DNA of 64,000 nucleotides. Source: Bacteroidales bacterium (GTDB taxonomy: Bacteria; Bacteroidota; Bacteroidia; Bacteroidales; VadinHA17). Position 1 is the first letter of the stretch. Every line of letters starts with the position of its first letter. Where the stretch lies: assembly GCA_050014255.1 (NCBI GenBank), contig JBEKDR010000033.1, forward strand, positions 2,064 to 66,063. Reading direction: 5' to 3'. Under the pieces are notes generated by a model. That model ran no database searches, was not told the origin of the DNA, and was given only the letters and a program-made list of their open reading frames with translations. The position numbers and the translations under genes are program-made. Of this stretch, positions 11,323-21,517 are shown in pieces.

Positions 11323-12423
11323 TTATTGTTCAGGATTAAATATTTCAGGTGGAAGTTCATCAATGCGGTCGCTATGAATTTCGATATCCTGATGTTTTAA
11401 GGGATTTTTTGATATCTCGTTATACAACTGCCTGTTTTTAAAAATATCGCACGCAAGATAAATTGCCTGGCGAAATGAATTTTCTGATGCTTCACCTTTT
11501 CCGGCAATATTAAAAGCAGTACCATGAACCGGCGATGTTCTTATAAAAGGTAATCCTGCAGTGAAGTTAACCCCTGAATCAAACGATAATGCTTTAAATG
11601 GAGTAAGCCCCTGATCGTGGTACATTGCAAGTATCCCATCAAACTGAGTAAATGATCCGGCTCCAAAAAAACCATCTGCAGGGAAAGGTCCAAATGTCAT
11701 TATTCCTTCTTTTTGAGCCTGCAGAATTGCCGGGTTTATTATTTCAACCTCTTCTGTTCCGAGCAGTGCATTATCTCCGGCATGCGGATTAAGTCCAAGT
11801 ACAGCAATACGGGGTCTGCGGATTCCGAAATCAAGCATGAGCGACTGATTCATAATCCTGATTTTATGTATAAGGGTTTCAGTAGTTATTAACCCCGGAA
11901 CTTTGCTAAGCGGGACATGGTCAGTAGCAATGCCGATTCTCATGCTTTCACCAATCATAAACATAAGAGCTTCCGTGGTACCAGCAACAGATTTCAGATA
12001 ATCGGTATGCCCTTTGAAATGAAAATTTTCCGATTGAACATTCTGTTTGTCAATAGGTGCGGTAATCAGTACATCAATTTTACCGCTTTTCAGGTCTGCT
12101 ACTGCTTTTTCGAGTGAAACAAGAGCAGCTTCCCCTCCCTGAGGTGTTGACTTTCCAAGTTCCACCCTGATATTATCATCAAGGCAATTTATCATATTTG
12201 CTTTCTTCGCATGAGCTTCTTCTGCCGACCTGATGTTATTAAAGCTAAAATTATTAACATTCAATGCTTTACGATGGTATGCAGCTACCTTTGGGGAACC
12301 ATATACAATAGTTGTACAAATATCATTTATTGTGGGGTCAGAAAGAGCTTTGATAATAACCTCATATCCGATACCATTAATATCTCCGTGAGAGATGCCG
12401 GCAATTATTGTTTTCTTTTCCAT
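11323..12423 (-). CDS. pdxA: 4-hydroxythreonine-4-phosphate dehydrogenase PdxA
   Basis: 366 aa. Carries GDINGIGYEVI, GHTDYL, LNPHAGD and AMYHDQGL motifs typical of PdxA. Confidence 0.9.
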   Translation of the reverse strand: MEKKTIIAGISHGDINGIGYEVIIKALSDPTINDICTTIVYGSPKVAAYHRKALNVNNFSFNNIRSAEEAHAKKANMINCLDDNIRVELGKSTPQGGEAALVSLEKAVADLKSGKIDVLITAPIDKQNVQSENFHFKGHTDYLKSVAGTTEALMFMIGESMRIGIATDHVPLSKVPGLITTETLIHKIRIMNQSLMLDFGIRRPRIAVLGLNPHAGDNALLGTEEVEIINPAILQAQKEGIMTFGPFPADGFFGAGSFTQFDGILAMYHDQGLTPFKALSFDSGVNFTAGLPFIRTSPVHGTAFNIAGKGEASENSFRQAIYLACDIFKNRQLYNEISKNPLKHQDIEIHSDRIDELPPEIFNPEQ

Positions 12424-12429
12424 AAATTT

Positions 12430-13887
12430 TTATTTCTTTTCTGCATAGTCAGATGCAATTCTTCTGAGGAATGTCGACAGTAACCTTAACCCCGATGCGG
12501 GTCCGCTTTTAAGTCTGTAATAATCATCCTTCTTCAGCATTTCTGTCCCGGCAATGTCCATATGTAATAAAGGAAATTCGGCAAAACGCTCCAGGAATTT
12601 ACCAGCGATAATGGCTCCTGCTTCACGTCCGCCGACATTCTTAAGATCCGCAACATCAGATTTCAGCAACTCGCCGTATTCATCCCAGAAAGGTAATTCT
12701 GCAATCCTTTCATAAACATCGTTACCACAATCCTCAAGCAGGTTGATATATTTCCTGTCGGCGTTTGTCATTACCGCTATTGCCTGGTTTCCAAATGTCA
12801 TTGCCGCTGAACCGGTAAGAGTTGCAATATCGATTATTAATTCCGGGGAATATTTTGAAGCATAGCTGATAGCATCTGCAAGTATAAGCCTTCCTTCGGC
12901 ATCTGTATTGCCGATTTCAACACTCATTTTATTAAACATGGTAATGATATCACCCTGAGTATAAGCATTTCCACCGGGACGATTATCAGTTGAAGGGATT
13001 AATCCAATTATATGAAGAGGAATACCGGTTTTTGCAACAGTATGCAGAACACCGGTTACCGTTGCAGCTCCGGCCATATCTCCGTTCATGCCCGCCATAA
13101 AATCACCTGTTTTTATATTCAAACCTCCTGTGTCATAGACAATTCCCTTCCCGACCAGGATAATCGGTTTCTTGTTTAGGCATTGTGCCGGATGCCATTC
13201 CAGGATACAGAAAACTGGTGGATCCACACTTCCTTTATTTACAGCCAGAAGCCCTCCCATTTTTAATGCTTCTATTTTCCCCTTTGTTAATACCTCAACT
13301 TTGAAACCTGCAGCATCACCAATTTTCCTGATCTCAGCGGCCAGGGAAGTTGCATTCAGCTGGTTGACCGGTTCCTGAATAAGATCGCGTGTAAAGTAAA
13401 CAGCATCAGTAAGATCGACAAGCCATTTAATATCTGAATCCGTAACTTCACCTTGTAACAGAAGCTTTTTTGGATAGAATTTTTTATCATCCTTACCTGC
13501 TTTTGTCTTGTATTTATCGAAAGAATAGAAGCTCAGGAGAAGTCCTTCCATAAAATCTTCAATTGCACCTTTATAGGCCTTATCGGAAGTGATGACCAGT
13601 TCAGAATGGTTGTTCTCTCTTATAAGTTTTCTTAAATTGTACGCTGTCCTTCTGAGTTCCTCCCGGACTTTATAATGCGCAATCCCATCCTTAGTTCTGA
13701 TCAGGTAGGTGCACCTGTTATAAGAATTAATAAAAATAAATTCTTCCCTGGTCTGAAGCTGGGCACTGGCAAAGTCTGATTCCTGTTTAGTGAGTTTTAG
13801 CCTTTCAGGAATCTGATCGTCTCCAAGAATACATATAACAGATTGGTCAGATGATATTTGTGATATTCTTTGAATTTCTGGTTTCAT
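12430..13887 (-). CDS. pepA: Leucyl aminopeptidase (peptidase M17)
   Basis: M17 signature NTDAEGRL is present (IGNTDAEGRLILADA), along with VGKGIVYDTGG. The ORF track begins at a TTG (13902); the first ATG is at 13887. Confidence 0.85.
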   Translation of the reverse strand: MKPEIQRISQISSDQSVICILGDDQIPERLKLTKQESDFASAQLQTREEFIFINSYNRCTYLIRTKDGIAHYKVREELRRTAYNLRKLIRENNHSELVITSDKAYKGAIEDFMEGLLLSFYSFDKYKTKAGKDDKKFYPKKLLLQGEVTDSDIKWLVDLTDAVYFTRDLIQEPVNQLNATSLAAEIRKIGDAAGFKVEVLTKGKIEALKMGGLLAVNKGSVDPPVFCILEWHPAQCLNKKPIILVGKGIVYDTGGLNIKTGDFMAGMNGDMAGAATVTGVLHTVAKTGIPLHIIGLIPSTDNRPGGNAYTQGDIITMFNKMSVEIGNTDAEGRLILADAISYASKYSPELIIDIATLTGSAAMTFGNQAIAVMTNADRKYINLLEDCGNDVYERIAELPFWDEYGELLKSDVADLKNVGGREAGAIIAGKFLERFAEFPLLHMDIAGTEMLKKDDYYRLKSGPASGLRLLSTFLRRIASDYAEKK

Positions 13888-13966
13888 ATTATTATCCGGC
13901 AATTTTTGAAGCTGTAAAGTTAACTAAAATATTGATTGTTTTGTTTCCAAAGAGTTACCTTTGAAA

Positions 13967-14058
13967 GTCGGAAGCCGGAAGTCGGAAGACAGAAGCAACT
14001 AGAATGATGAATTTTCTGATACGTACTTCGGACTTCGGACTTCGGACTTCCGGCTTCC
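13967..14058. repeat. Heptad-repeat inverted pair (GNCGGAA x4 ... CTTCGGA x3-CTTCCGG-CTTCC) in the divergent pepA/radical-SAM intergenic region
   Basis: Left block 13967-13995, right block 14026-14058, with a ~30-nt spacer. A perfect 14-nt inverted core pairs GGAAGCCGGAAGTC (13970-13983) with GACTTCCGGCTTCC (14045-14058). Confidence 0.8.
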
Positions 14059-14088
14059 TGCTAATTAGTTAGTAATGTATTTATACAG

Positions 14089-15195
14089 ATGATCTTAGAA
14101 GAATTATATAATAAAGCTCTCCGACTTATTCCATTGAATGTTGATGAAGGTGTTGCACTTTATACCTCTGCTCCTGCAGAAGAGCTTATGTTTGTTGCAA
14201 ATAAGCTCCGGCAATTGCATAATCCGGGTAAAATTGTGGGCTGGATGATTGACAGGAATGTGAACATTACTAATATCTGCTTTTCTCAATGTACATTTTG
14301 TAACTTCTGCAGGAAAAAAGGATCTGAGGAAGCATATATTACATCGATAAATGATTATAAATCCAAAATTGATGAATTGTATTCACTCGGAGGAGATCAG
14401 CTTCTTTTACAGGGAGGTATGAATCCGGATCTTGGCCTGAGTTTTTATGTTGATCTTTTCAGAAATCTGAAGGTACTCTATCCCTCATTAAACCTCCACG
14501 CCCTGGGGCCTCCGGAGATTGTTCACATAGCAAAGAAGGAAGAGTTATCATATTCAGAGGTTCTTTCTCATCTGATTGAAGCAGGGCTGGATAGTCTGCC
14601 CGGAGCAGGAGCTGAGATTCTTTCCGACAGGGTAAGGAGAATTGTTTCTCCTGCTAAGGCTACATCGGAAGAATGGCTTGGGGTGATGCGCGAAGCTCAC
14701 AAATTGAATCTCCCTACTTCGGCAACTATGATGTTTGGCCATATAGAAACAGCCAGGGAGAGGATTGAACACCTTATCAGGATCAGAGATCTTCAGGCTG
14801 AAAAACAGGAAAATCATTTTGGATTCATAACTTTTATTCCATGGCCCTTTCAGGATGAGGGAACCATTCTTTTAAAAAAACATGGGATCAGAAGCAGCTA
14901 CAATGGTCCGGATTATTTGAGGATTATTGCCATAAGCCGGATCTTATTAAATAACATCAGGAATATACAGGCTTCAATATTGACTGTGGGTAAAGACATC
15001 GGGATGTTGTCACTTCATTCAGGGGCAAATGATCTTGGATCTATCATGATTGAGGAGAATGTGGTTAGTGCAGCCGGGTCTAATAACCGTTTCAATGCCA
15101 GTGAGATACAATCAATTATAAAAGAAGCTGGATTTATTCCTGGGAGAAGGAATCAGAAATATGAAATGGTTTATCTGAATACAAACCCCGGGTAA
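14089..15195 (+). CDS. Radical SAM enzyme of the CofH/MqnC/MqnE family (futalosine-route menaquinone biosynthesis)
   Basis: 368 aa. Cluster motif NICFSQCTFCNF (CxxxCxxC). Overall length and GGMNPD, ATMMFGHIET, FIPWPFQ segments are typical of MqnC/MqnE. I cannot separate MqnC from MqnE by eye. Confidence 0.7.
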   Translation: MILEELYNKALRLIPLNVDEGVALYTSAPAEELMFVANKLRQLHNPGKIVGWMIDRNVNITNICFSQCTFCNFCRKKGSEEAYITSINDYKSKIDELYSLGGDQLLLQGGMNPDLGLSFYVDLFRNLKVLYPSLNLHALGPPEIVHIAKKEELSYSEVLSHLIEAGLDSLPGAGAEILSDRVRRIVSPAKATSEEWLGVMREAHKLNLPTSATMMFGHIETARERIEHLIRIRDLQAEKQENHFGFITFIPWPFQDEGTILLKKHGIRSSYNGPDYLRIIAISRILLNNIRNIQASILTVGKDIGMLSLHSGANDLGSIMIEENVVSAAGSNNRFNASEIQSIIKEAGFIPGRRNQKYEMVYLNTNPG

Positions 15196-15203
15196 AATTT
15201 AAT

Positions 15204-16535
15204 CTATTTCCTGATCCACCTTAAGATATCATTGCCATTGGCATAGAGTAATAGTGCCAGTAATATTATCATCCCAGTAATCTGCGCATATTCAAGAAAC
15301 TTGTCGCTTGGCTTTTTCCCGGTAATTACCTCAAACAATAAAAACAGAACATGACCTCCGTCAAGAGCAGGTATTGGCAGAATATTCATAACTGCCAGTA
15401 TAATTGAAAGAAAGGCAGTAATGTTCCAGAACCTTTGCCAGTCCCAAACTCCGGGGAATATGTTGCCGATTGTAATAAAACCACCCAATGACTGATAGGC
15501 TTTTGTATGCTTTGAAAAAATAAGCTTGAATTGCTTAAGGTAATCGGTGATTGTCTTGAAACCTTTGTTAATTCCGGCCGGAATTGATTGCAGGAATCCG
15601 TATTTAATAGTTTTGAGATCAAATATCTGAGAAAGGGCCACGTTCCTGCTTATCCCAAGCATCCCCAAAGAGTCAGGTGTTACGGTAATATTGAGGTTTA
15701 CTCCTTTACGTAAAAGATTAAGTTTTACAGGATGCTCCCTGTTATCGGAAAGATACTTTTGAAATTCATCATAATAAGTAAATTTTTTGTCATCAATTCC
15801 GGTAATTTGATCCTTAAGGAGAACCCCGGCCGTTTTGCACGAAGATTTTTTGACAAAGCTCTCAATCACATACGGCCCGAAAGGTATCCTGTAGTCAATC
15901 ATACCTTTGCCCTTCAGCATTTTAGGAACATATTCCTTTGGTATTTCAATATTCAGGAGTGCGCCATCCCGTTCAATCTGAATAGTTTTGCGGTTGTTTA
16001 AAACAATATCGGCGGTTATTTCAAGGAAGTTCTCAACATGCTGATTGTCGACTGTAATGATCTTGTCTCCATTTCTCAGACCAATACCATAACCGACCGA
16101 GTCGGTAACAATTCCATATTTTACATTAGCAGTAGGCAGGTAGGTTTCTCCCCATGCAAATAATACAAGAATAAAAATCAACATTGCGAAAATAAAATTG
16201 AAGATAACACCTCCTGTCATTATCAGAAGTCGTTGCCACGATGTTTTCGACCTGAATTCCCATGGTTGAGGAGGGAGTTTCATCTGCTCCTTATCCATTG
16301 ATTCATCAATCATTCCTGAAATTTTTACATAACCGCCAAGTGGGAGCCATCCTATACCATACTCGGTCTCGCCCTTCTTATGTTTAAAAAGTGAAAACCA
16401 TGGATCAAAAAAGAGGTAGAATTTTTCGACTCTTGTTTTGAAAAATTTGGCAAGTGTAAAATGTCCTAATTCATGTATGATTACAAGAATTGAAAGGCTC
16501 ATTACAAGCTGCAGGATTTTAATAAGTATTGTCAT
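15204..16535 (-). CDS. rseP: RIP metalloprotease RseP (site-2 protease, peptidase M50)
   Basis: 443 aa. HELGH zinc motif at the N-terminus, a PDZ-like central region, and a C-terminal NILPIPALDGG motif. An ATGA overlap joins it to the dxr stop. Confidence 0.85.
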   Translation of the reverse strand: MTILIKILQLVMSLSILVIIHELGHFTLAKFFKTRVEKFYLFFDPWFSLFKHKKGETEYGIGWLPLGGYVKISGMIDESMDKEQMKLPPQPWEFRSKTSWQRLLIMTGGVIFNFIFAMLIFILVLFAWGETYLPTANVKYGIVTDSVGYGIGLRNGDKIITVDNQHVENFLEITADIVLNNRKTIQIERDGALLNIEIPKEYVPKMLKGKGMIDYRIPFGPYVIESFVKKSSCKTAGVLLKDQITGIDDKKFTYYDEFQKYLSDNREHPVKLNLLRKGVNLNITVTPDSLGMLGISRNVALSQIFDLKTIKYGFLQSIPAGINKGFKTITDYLKQFKLIFSKHTKAYQSLGGFITIGNIFPGVWDWQRFWNITAFLSIILAVMNILPIPALDGGHVLFLLFEVITGKKPSDKFLEYAQITGMIILLALLLYANGNDILRWIRK

Positions 16536-17701
16536 CTTTCTTTTTGAAGTTTATTAATAAATCGGAGAGCTGTTTCCCTTGCACTTGTATCAGTGACTTC
16601 AAGGAAATCCAGATCAGGAGACGGTGAAAATAAACAATTTTCCATAGCATACTCCACAATTTCGGGTATTTGAGTAAATCCTATTTTTTCGTCAAGAAAA
16701 GCATTGACTGCCATCTCATTGGCTGCATTTAATATGCATGGCATGTTTCCACCCCGTTTAAGTGCCTCAAACGCCAATGGAAGATTCCGGAATTTTTTTA
16801 TGTCGGGATCGCTGAATGTTAAAGATTTACAATCCTCCAGTTTTAGTCGCGGAAGATCAGACTGCAGACGATCGGGATAGCTAAGCGCATAAAGGATCGG
16901 AATCCTCATATCAGGAACACCAAGCTGAGCTTTTACTGATCCGTCAGCAAAGTGTACAAATGAATGAATGATCGATTGCGGGTGAATAATAACCGAAATC
17001 TGTTCAGGTGTAAGATCAAAAAGCCATTTTGCTTCAATTACTTCCAGTCCTTTATTCATAAGTGAAGCAGAATCAATAGTGACCTTACAACCCATATTCC
17101 AGTTTGGGTGTTTAAGAGCATCGCAGGGCCTGACATTTCTCAACATCTCTTCGGACATATTCAGGAATGGCCCTCCTGAAGCTGTGAGAGTAATTTTTTC
17201 AACCGGGTTTCCCAATTCCCCAACCAGACATTGAAAAATTGCCGAATGTTCTGAATCGACAGGAATTATAATGCTTCCCGATTCTTTAACTATTCCGCCT
17301 ATAATCTCACCTGCCACGACCAGGGTTTCTTTATTTGCGAGGGCTATTTTTTTACCGGCTTTTATTGCAGCAATTGTTGGTCTCACACCTGAATAGCCCA
17401 CAATAGAAGCAATGACAACATCAACATTTGATGAGGTGACAACCTGTTCGATAGCTTCATTGCCTGCATAAATTTTAATATTTGAATTATGAAGATTTTC
17501 TTTTAATTTCAGGTAATGATCAGAATTCGCGATAACGACTGAATCAGGCTGAAACCTATGTGCCTGCTGTATCAGAAGATCAATATTATTTCCGGCAATC
17601 AGGACCTCAACAGTAAACTTTTCGGGATACTTTGAAATGATATCCAGAGACTGGGTACCGATCGATCCAGTTGAGCCCAACAAAGCAATTCTTTCTGGCA
17701 T
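16532..17701 (-). CDS. dxr: 1-deoxy-D-xylulose-5-phosphate reductoisomerase
   Basis: 389 aa. Motifs LGSTGSIGTQSLD, LANKETLV, PVDSEHSAIFQC and HPNWNMG are diagnostic of Dxr. Confidence 0.95.
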   Translation of the reverse strand: MPERIALLGSTGSIGTQSLDIISKYPEKFTVEVLIAGNNIDLLIQQAHRFQPDSVVIANSDHYLKLKENLHNSNIKIYAGNEAIEQVVTSSNVDVVIASIVGYSGVRPTIAAIKAGKKIALANKETLVVAGEIIGGIVKESGSIIIPVDSEHSAIFQCLVGELGNPVEKITLTASGGPFLNMSEEMLRNVRPCDALKHPNWNMGCKVTIDSASLMNKGLEVIEAKWLFDLTPEQISVIIHPQSIIHSFVHFADGSVKAQLGVPDMRIPILYALSYPDRLQSDLPRLKLEDCKSLTFSDPDIKKFRNLPLAFEALKRGGNMPCILNAANEMAVNAFLDEKIGFTQIPEIVEYAMENCLFSPSPDLDFLEVTDTSARETALRFINKLQKER

Positions 17702-17718
17702 ACCGGGTTTCCTGGTTA

Positions 17719-18582
17719 TTAGAATAAAATATGTTTTTCGGGATCCAGAGGACTCCCTTTATACCAGATCTCAAAATGAAGATGAGGACCAGAGGTATAT
17801 AGTTCACCGGAGTCACCGACAACAGAAATTGGATCACCGGCACGGACAAGATCACCTGTTTCTTTGAGGAGACTTGCATTATGTTTATACACTGAAACAA
17901 TATTATTCGGATGCTGAACTTCAATTACAAATCCGGTTTCCATTGTCCATCCGGTGAAGATAACGGTTCCGTCAAGAACTGTGGATACAAGAGCTTTAGG
18001 TTTTGTAACGATATCCGTACCAAAATGTTTTGTTCTGACATCATACTTCCCCGAAACAATTCCCTTGACAGGAGGGAAAAAATGAAGACTGGCCAGACCT
18101 GATAGTGATCCGGATGCTGATGGTCCGATTGTGAGATTATATTTTTCTTCGCTCTCAACACGTGCCCTTAAAGCAGAGTCGTTGGAGGAAGTGCTGAATT
18201 TGATTGCTGTATAATTATTTGCAGTGTCTTGTTGTACAGACATTTCAACAGGTTTGTTGCCCGATATGATTGCATTAAGATTATCAAAATACTTATCCCT
18301 TAACTTGAGCTCACGATCGAGAGAATCAAGACGTATCGCACTCATCAGGATATTGCGACGCATAGTAACGTCAGGATAACCGGGAATAAACTCCCGCAGG
18401 TTTGTGAATGAGATCAGAGTGGCGGTGCCCCAGATAATAAACAGGATAATAAAAGTTATCAGAAGAAATGCATTATATCTTGTCATTATTAAATTCCAGA
18501 CCTCCTCTAATGTATGATCATTTCTTACAGTAAATCTGTATTTATCGCGCCAGTTGCTTTTTTTCTTATCGTCCTTAGCCAT
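17719..18582 (-). CDS. M23 family (LytM-type) metallopeptidase with an N-terminal membrane anchor
   Basis: 287 aa. One TM segment, with HPNNIVSVYKH and SGPHLHFEIW motifs typical of peptidase M23. Confidence 0.8.
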   Translation of the reverse strand: MAKDDKKKSNWRDKYRFTVRNDHTLEEVWNLIMTRYNAFLLITFIILFIIWGTATLISFTNLREFIPGYPDVTMRRNILMSAIRLDSLDRELKLRDKYFDNLNAIISGNKPVEMSVQQDTANNYTAIKFSTSSNDSALRARVESEEKYNLTIGPSASGSLSGLASLHFFPPVKGIVSGKYDVRTKHFGTDIVTKPKALVSTVLDGTVIFTGWTMETGFVIEVQHPNNIVSVYKHNASLLKETGDLVRAGDPISVVGDSGELYTSGPHLHFEIWYKGSPLDPEKHILF

Positions 18583-18619
18583 TTTCTATGATTTAATCGG
18601 CCTGCAAAGATAATAATAT

Positions 18620-18714
18620 CCGGTGACAGGCGACCGGCTACCGGTAACCGGTATATAAATTATTCATGTTTTTTTTCGGACTTCCGACTTCGGACTTGCG
18701 ACTTCGGACTTCCG
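18620..18714. repeat. Two adjacent heptad microsatellites: CCGGNNA x5 (18620-18654) and T(C/G)(C/G)GACT x5.5 (18676-18714)
   Basis: Read directly as CCGGTGA CAGGCGA CCGGCTA CCGGTAA CCGGTAT, then TCGGACT TCCGACT TCGGACT TGCGACT TCGGACT TCCG. It shares GACTTCGGACTTCC with the 14.0-kb repeat. Confidence 0.8.
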
Positions 18715-18725
18715 TCAGTGAACTA

Positions 18726-19109
18726 TCAGACAACCTTTACAGGCTTGTCCTCGCTTTGCCAGAGACCATGTTTGGTACACACCGACATTGCAGAAAGGTT
18801 CATCGATACTTCAGGAGCAACTATATAAAAATCGACCTCAAAATGAGAAGGCACATTCCCATAAACACCTGCAGTATAACGGGCTTCCGCGAGGAGTGTT
18901 TCCCTGTTCCATAGCTGGATTACGCTTATAAAATGATCATGCTCATCCGGATGGGGATACTCTTCACCTAGTTTTATTTTGACCTCAAATTTTTCTCCTC
19001 GTTTAACTGTATCGGGACAGAAAACATGTGGCATATGTCTGTCGAGATAATCGCGTTTTACCTCTTTTTCTTCCTTTTCAATCTCTGTTGCTTTAAATAC
19101 TCTTGGCAT
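18726..19109 (-). CDS. Superoxide-reductase-like protein (desulfoferrodoxin ferrous-iron-binding domain only)
   Basis: 127 aa. Candidate metal ligands lie in DRHMPHV, HPDEHDHFI and CTKHGLW, resembling the His4-Cys site of neelaredoxin-type SOR. Confidence 0.55.
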   Translation of the reverse strand: MPRVFKATEIEKEEKEVKRDYLDRHMPHVFCPDTVKRGEKFEVKIKLGEEYPHPDEHDHFISVIQLWNRETLLAEARYTAGVYGNVPSHFEVDFYIVAPEVSMNLSAMSVCTKHGLWQSEDKPVKVV

Positions 19110-19260
19110 GGTAAATAATTTTCAGTTAATACAATAGCTCACCTCCGGGACAAAATCTATGCAATAAATATGTGAACAAACTTAATAATTAATTTATCAG
19201 AGTTCACTAAAAATCAAAGATACTCCTTTGAAATCGTTTGTTAAATGAAATTGCAGGACT

Positions 19261-19686
19261 TTATTGCATTTTGTTAGTGTTTTGACCGGAAGGAGTGGAT
19301 TCAACAGGGTCATAATATTTCCCCGTTGACAAATCAATAGGCATGTCTTTCTTATGCCCCGGATTACATCTGGTAAGTCTGTCTATTGCATTGAGGAAAC
19401 CCGGAATAACCCCTTTCCGTTTTATACTTTCTATTGCATAAACTGAACACGATGGAGTAAAAACGCATGCATCTATATCCTGTGAGGAAAAAATTTCTTT
19501 GTAGAGTACAAAGGTAGCTGAAAAGATGAAGGTTATTTCATTTTTGTTGTCCTTTAACTGGTCTCCCCACTTATGATTATGGCTCTTTTCAGCAAACAGA
19601 TTTTTAAACATTTTTAGATCTTCCTGATTCTGGGCAAGACATTTAAAAGGTAAAATAACAAGAAATAAAATTGCAGCTGTTTTCAT
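19261..19686 (-). CDS. Secreted YidD-domain protein (membrane protein insertion efficiency factor-like domain)
   Basis: 141 aa. Signal peptide MKTAAILFLVILPFKCLAQ, with a C-terminal CVFTPSCSVYAIESIKRKGVIPGFLNAIDRLTRCNPG matching the YidD C(R)FxPSCSxY...RCxP pattern. Confidence 0.6.
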   Translation of the reverse strand: MKTAAILFLVILPFKCLAQNQEDLKMFKNLFAEKSHNHKWGDQLKDNKNEITFIFSATFVLYKEIFSSQDIDACVFTPSCSVYAIESIKRKGVIPGFLNAIDRLTRCNPGHKKDMPIDLSTGKYYDPVESTPSGQNTNKMQ

Positions 19687-19689
19687 AAG

Positions 19690-20670
19690 TCAATTATTAT
19701 TTTCAACCGATGTTTTTGTCAATTCCCCGATCTGAGAAATAAAATGATTTTTCTGTACATTATTTATGTTTTTTGCTGTCTGAATTTCCTTAATCATCTC
19801 TTTCTGAAATACCTCAGCCTCTTGTGTTTTTTTCATTTTCAGCAGCAGTTTAAATTGTTCCAAGCTATAAACCAGATTTTTTGGATGTTGTCGGGTTAAA
19901 ATCTGAGCGTTTATAAATGCTTTTGAATAATCTCTTTCAGTATAGGCATAAATTTTCAGTAAAAAATAATTAGCTTCAGTTCTGATCATATCATCACCGG
20001 AGATTGAACATCTTTCGAGGTACATGAGTCCCTTGGTCTTATCTCCCCTTGGAAATGAAAAAAACAGGGCGTTCAACATAAAATATTTATTTTCAACATA
20101 ATCGATAAAATAATAGTACAAACCTAAAACTAAATTAAGTTTTTCATCCACAGCAGGATTATCAATGCATTTTTCAATGTAAGTAATTGATTTATAAAAA
20201 TTAATTAAGGTTTTAAGCGTGTTTCCCCTGTAGTTTTCAAGACGTGCCTTTAAGGAATAAGAGTAGATAATATTGAGCAGCGAGTTAAGGTCCGGATGAT
20301 TACTGCTTAAACTCGACCTGATCGATTCTTCAATATTTAAATTACAGTCCTTTAAATTGGTTTCAATTTCATCTCCGCTTAATAATTTCCACCATGCCAG
20401 GTTTGCTTTAATATTATAGATTGTGGCATTATCCATATTCGAATCGTGCATAACCACAATTACTGAATCTGCTGCATTAAATGAAAAATCATATAAATTC
20501 CTGAAAAAGCAGTTAATCAAAATATTTTCATCAGGTATTTTGACATCCCGGGCGAAATTTGAATTAACAGTGAGAACCATGAATAAAGTAATCAACGAGA
20601 ATATTTTCCGATTAAGACGGCTAGATATAAATAAGCTGATGGTGTTTCCTAAAATTAAGTTTTTAGTCAT
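19690..20670 (-). CDS. Hypothetical helical-repeat protein with an N-terminal anchor/signal
   Basis: 326-aa ORF with an 8-nt overlap with the upstream gene and a 3-nt gap to the YidD-like gene. No motif recognised. Confidence 0.5.
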   Translation of the reverse strand: MTKNLILGNTISLFISSRLNRKIFSLITLFMVLTVNSNFARDVKIPDENILINCFFRNLYDFSFNAADSVIVVMHDSNMDNATIYNIKANLAWWKLLSGDEIETNLKDCNLNIEESIRSSLSSNHPDLNSLLNIIYSYSLKARLENYRGNTLKTLINFYKSITYIEKCIDNPAVDEKLNLVLGLYYYFIDYVENKYFMLNALFFSFPRGDKTKGLMYLERCSISGDDMIRTEANYFLLKIYAYTERDYSKAFINAQILTRQHPKNLVYSLEQFKLLLKMKKTQEAEVFQKEMIKEIQTAKNINNVQKNHFISQIGELTKTSVENNN

Positions 20671-21517
20671 TCGGATTTTTAACGGCCAGGTTTAATATTT
20701 TGGTGTAGGTCTCATTTCTTCTCTGTTCCCTTTTCTTCCTTGCAATTTCTTCAGCTTTCCCATAGCCCCCGGTATAATATCTCTGATACCAGGGTAAAAT
20801 TGCAAAAATTGCATCAATCGGTGTATACCTGATACTAATGTCTATTCCCAAAGCTATCAGACCAGAAGTTAAAAGCAATGAATTTAAGCCGGATTTAACA
20901 TCTCCTGAATAAGTTTGTCCCAATCCGGGAAGAATCATGCTCATAATTCTGGCTTTTTTAGGTGAAGGTGATAATAATTTTTTCCCTGAAAACAAATCCG
21001 ATAATTCTTTCCTGTCCTTCAATTCCAGTACAGATTCAAAGTACGATTGAGCCTTGTTAAAGTCTTCCAGACCAAAATAGCAGGTCGCAAGAAAGAAGTC
21101 CAGTCGTTTCTGAACAACTCTGGTAGTGTCAGTTATTGAAAATAAATCTATTAAAGCAAGCTGGAAGTTTTTGTTCAGTATCCGGCAGGATGCCTTATCA
21201 AATAAAAGCTCAGTTTTTAAACTATCATCCTCCGATTGATTATAAGCAAATCCAAAGTATTTTTGTGCAGTTTCGTAGTCATTATTTAAATATGAGATTT
21301 CAGCTATTTGCCTGAACAAATAGAGATTTCTTCTTCCTTCACTAAAGAACAGAGCTCTCTGGTATGTTTTTAATGCTTTTGTTAACTCCCCTGATTTGAA
21401 TTGATTATCAGCGAAAACAATCGTTTCTTCAAAATCCTGCGCAGTAAGTTTTTGAAATGCCATCAGGCTAAAAACTATCAGAACGGACAAATTCAAATAT
21501 TTGATTATCAATTTCAT
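20663..21517 (-). CDS. TPR-like protein with a C-terminal PGxGQxY membrane module
   Basis: 284 aa. Signal peptide and TPR-like repeats. The C-terminal ILPGLGQTYSGDVKSGLNSLLLTSGLIALGI is paralogous to the C-terminus of the upstream gene. Confidence 0.55.
   Translation of the reverse strand: MKLIIKYLNLSVLIVFSLMAFQKLTAQDFEETIVFADNQFKSGELTKALKTYQRALFFSEGRRNLYLFRQIAEISYLNNDYETAQKYFGFAYNQSEDDSLKTELLFDKASCRILNKNFQLALIDLFSITDTTRVVQKRLDFFLATCYFGLEDFNKAQSYFESVLELKDRKELSDLFSGKKLLSPSPKKARIMSMILPGLGQTYSGDVKSGLNSLLLTSGLIALGIDISIRYTPIDAIFAILPWYQRYYTGGYGKAEEIARKKREQRRNETYTKILNLAVKNPND

Noticed and set aside
17607-17924. 105-aa ORF spanning the dxr/M23-peptidase junction
   Set aside because: It overlaps two well-supported genes on the same strand in other frames and has low-complexity content.
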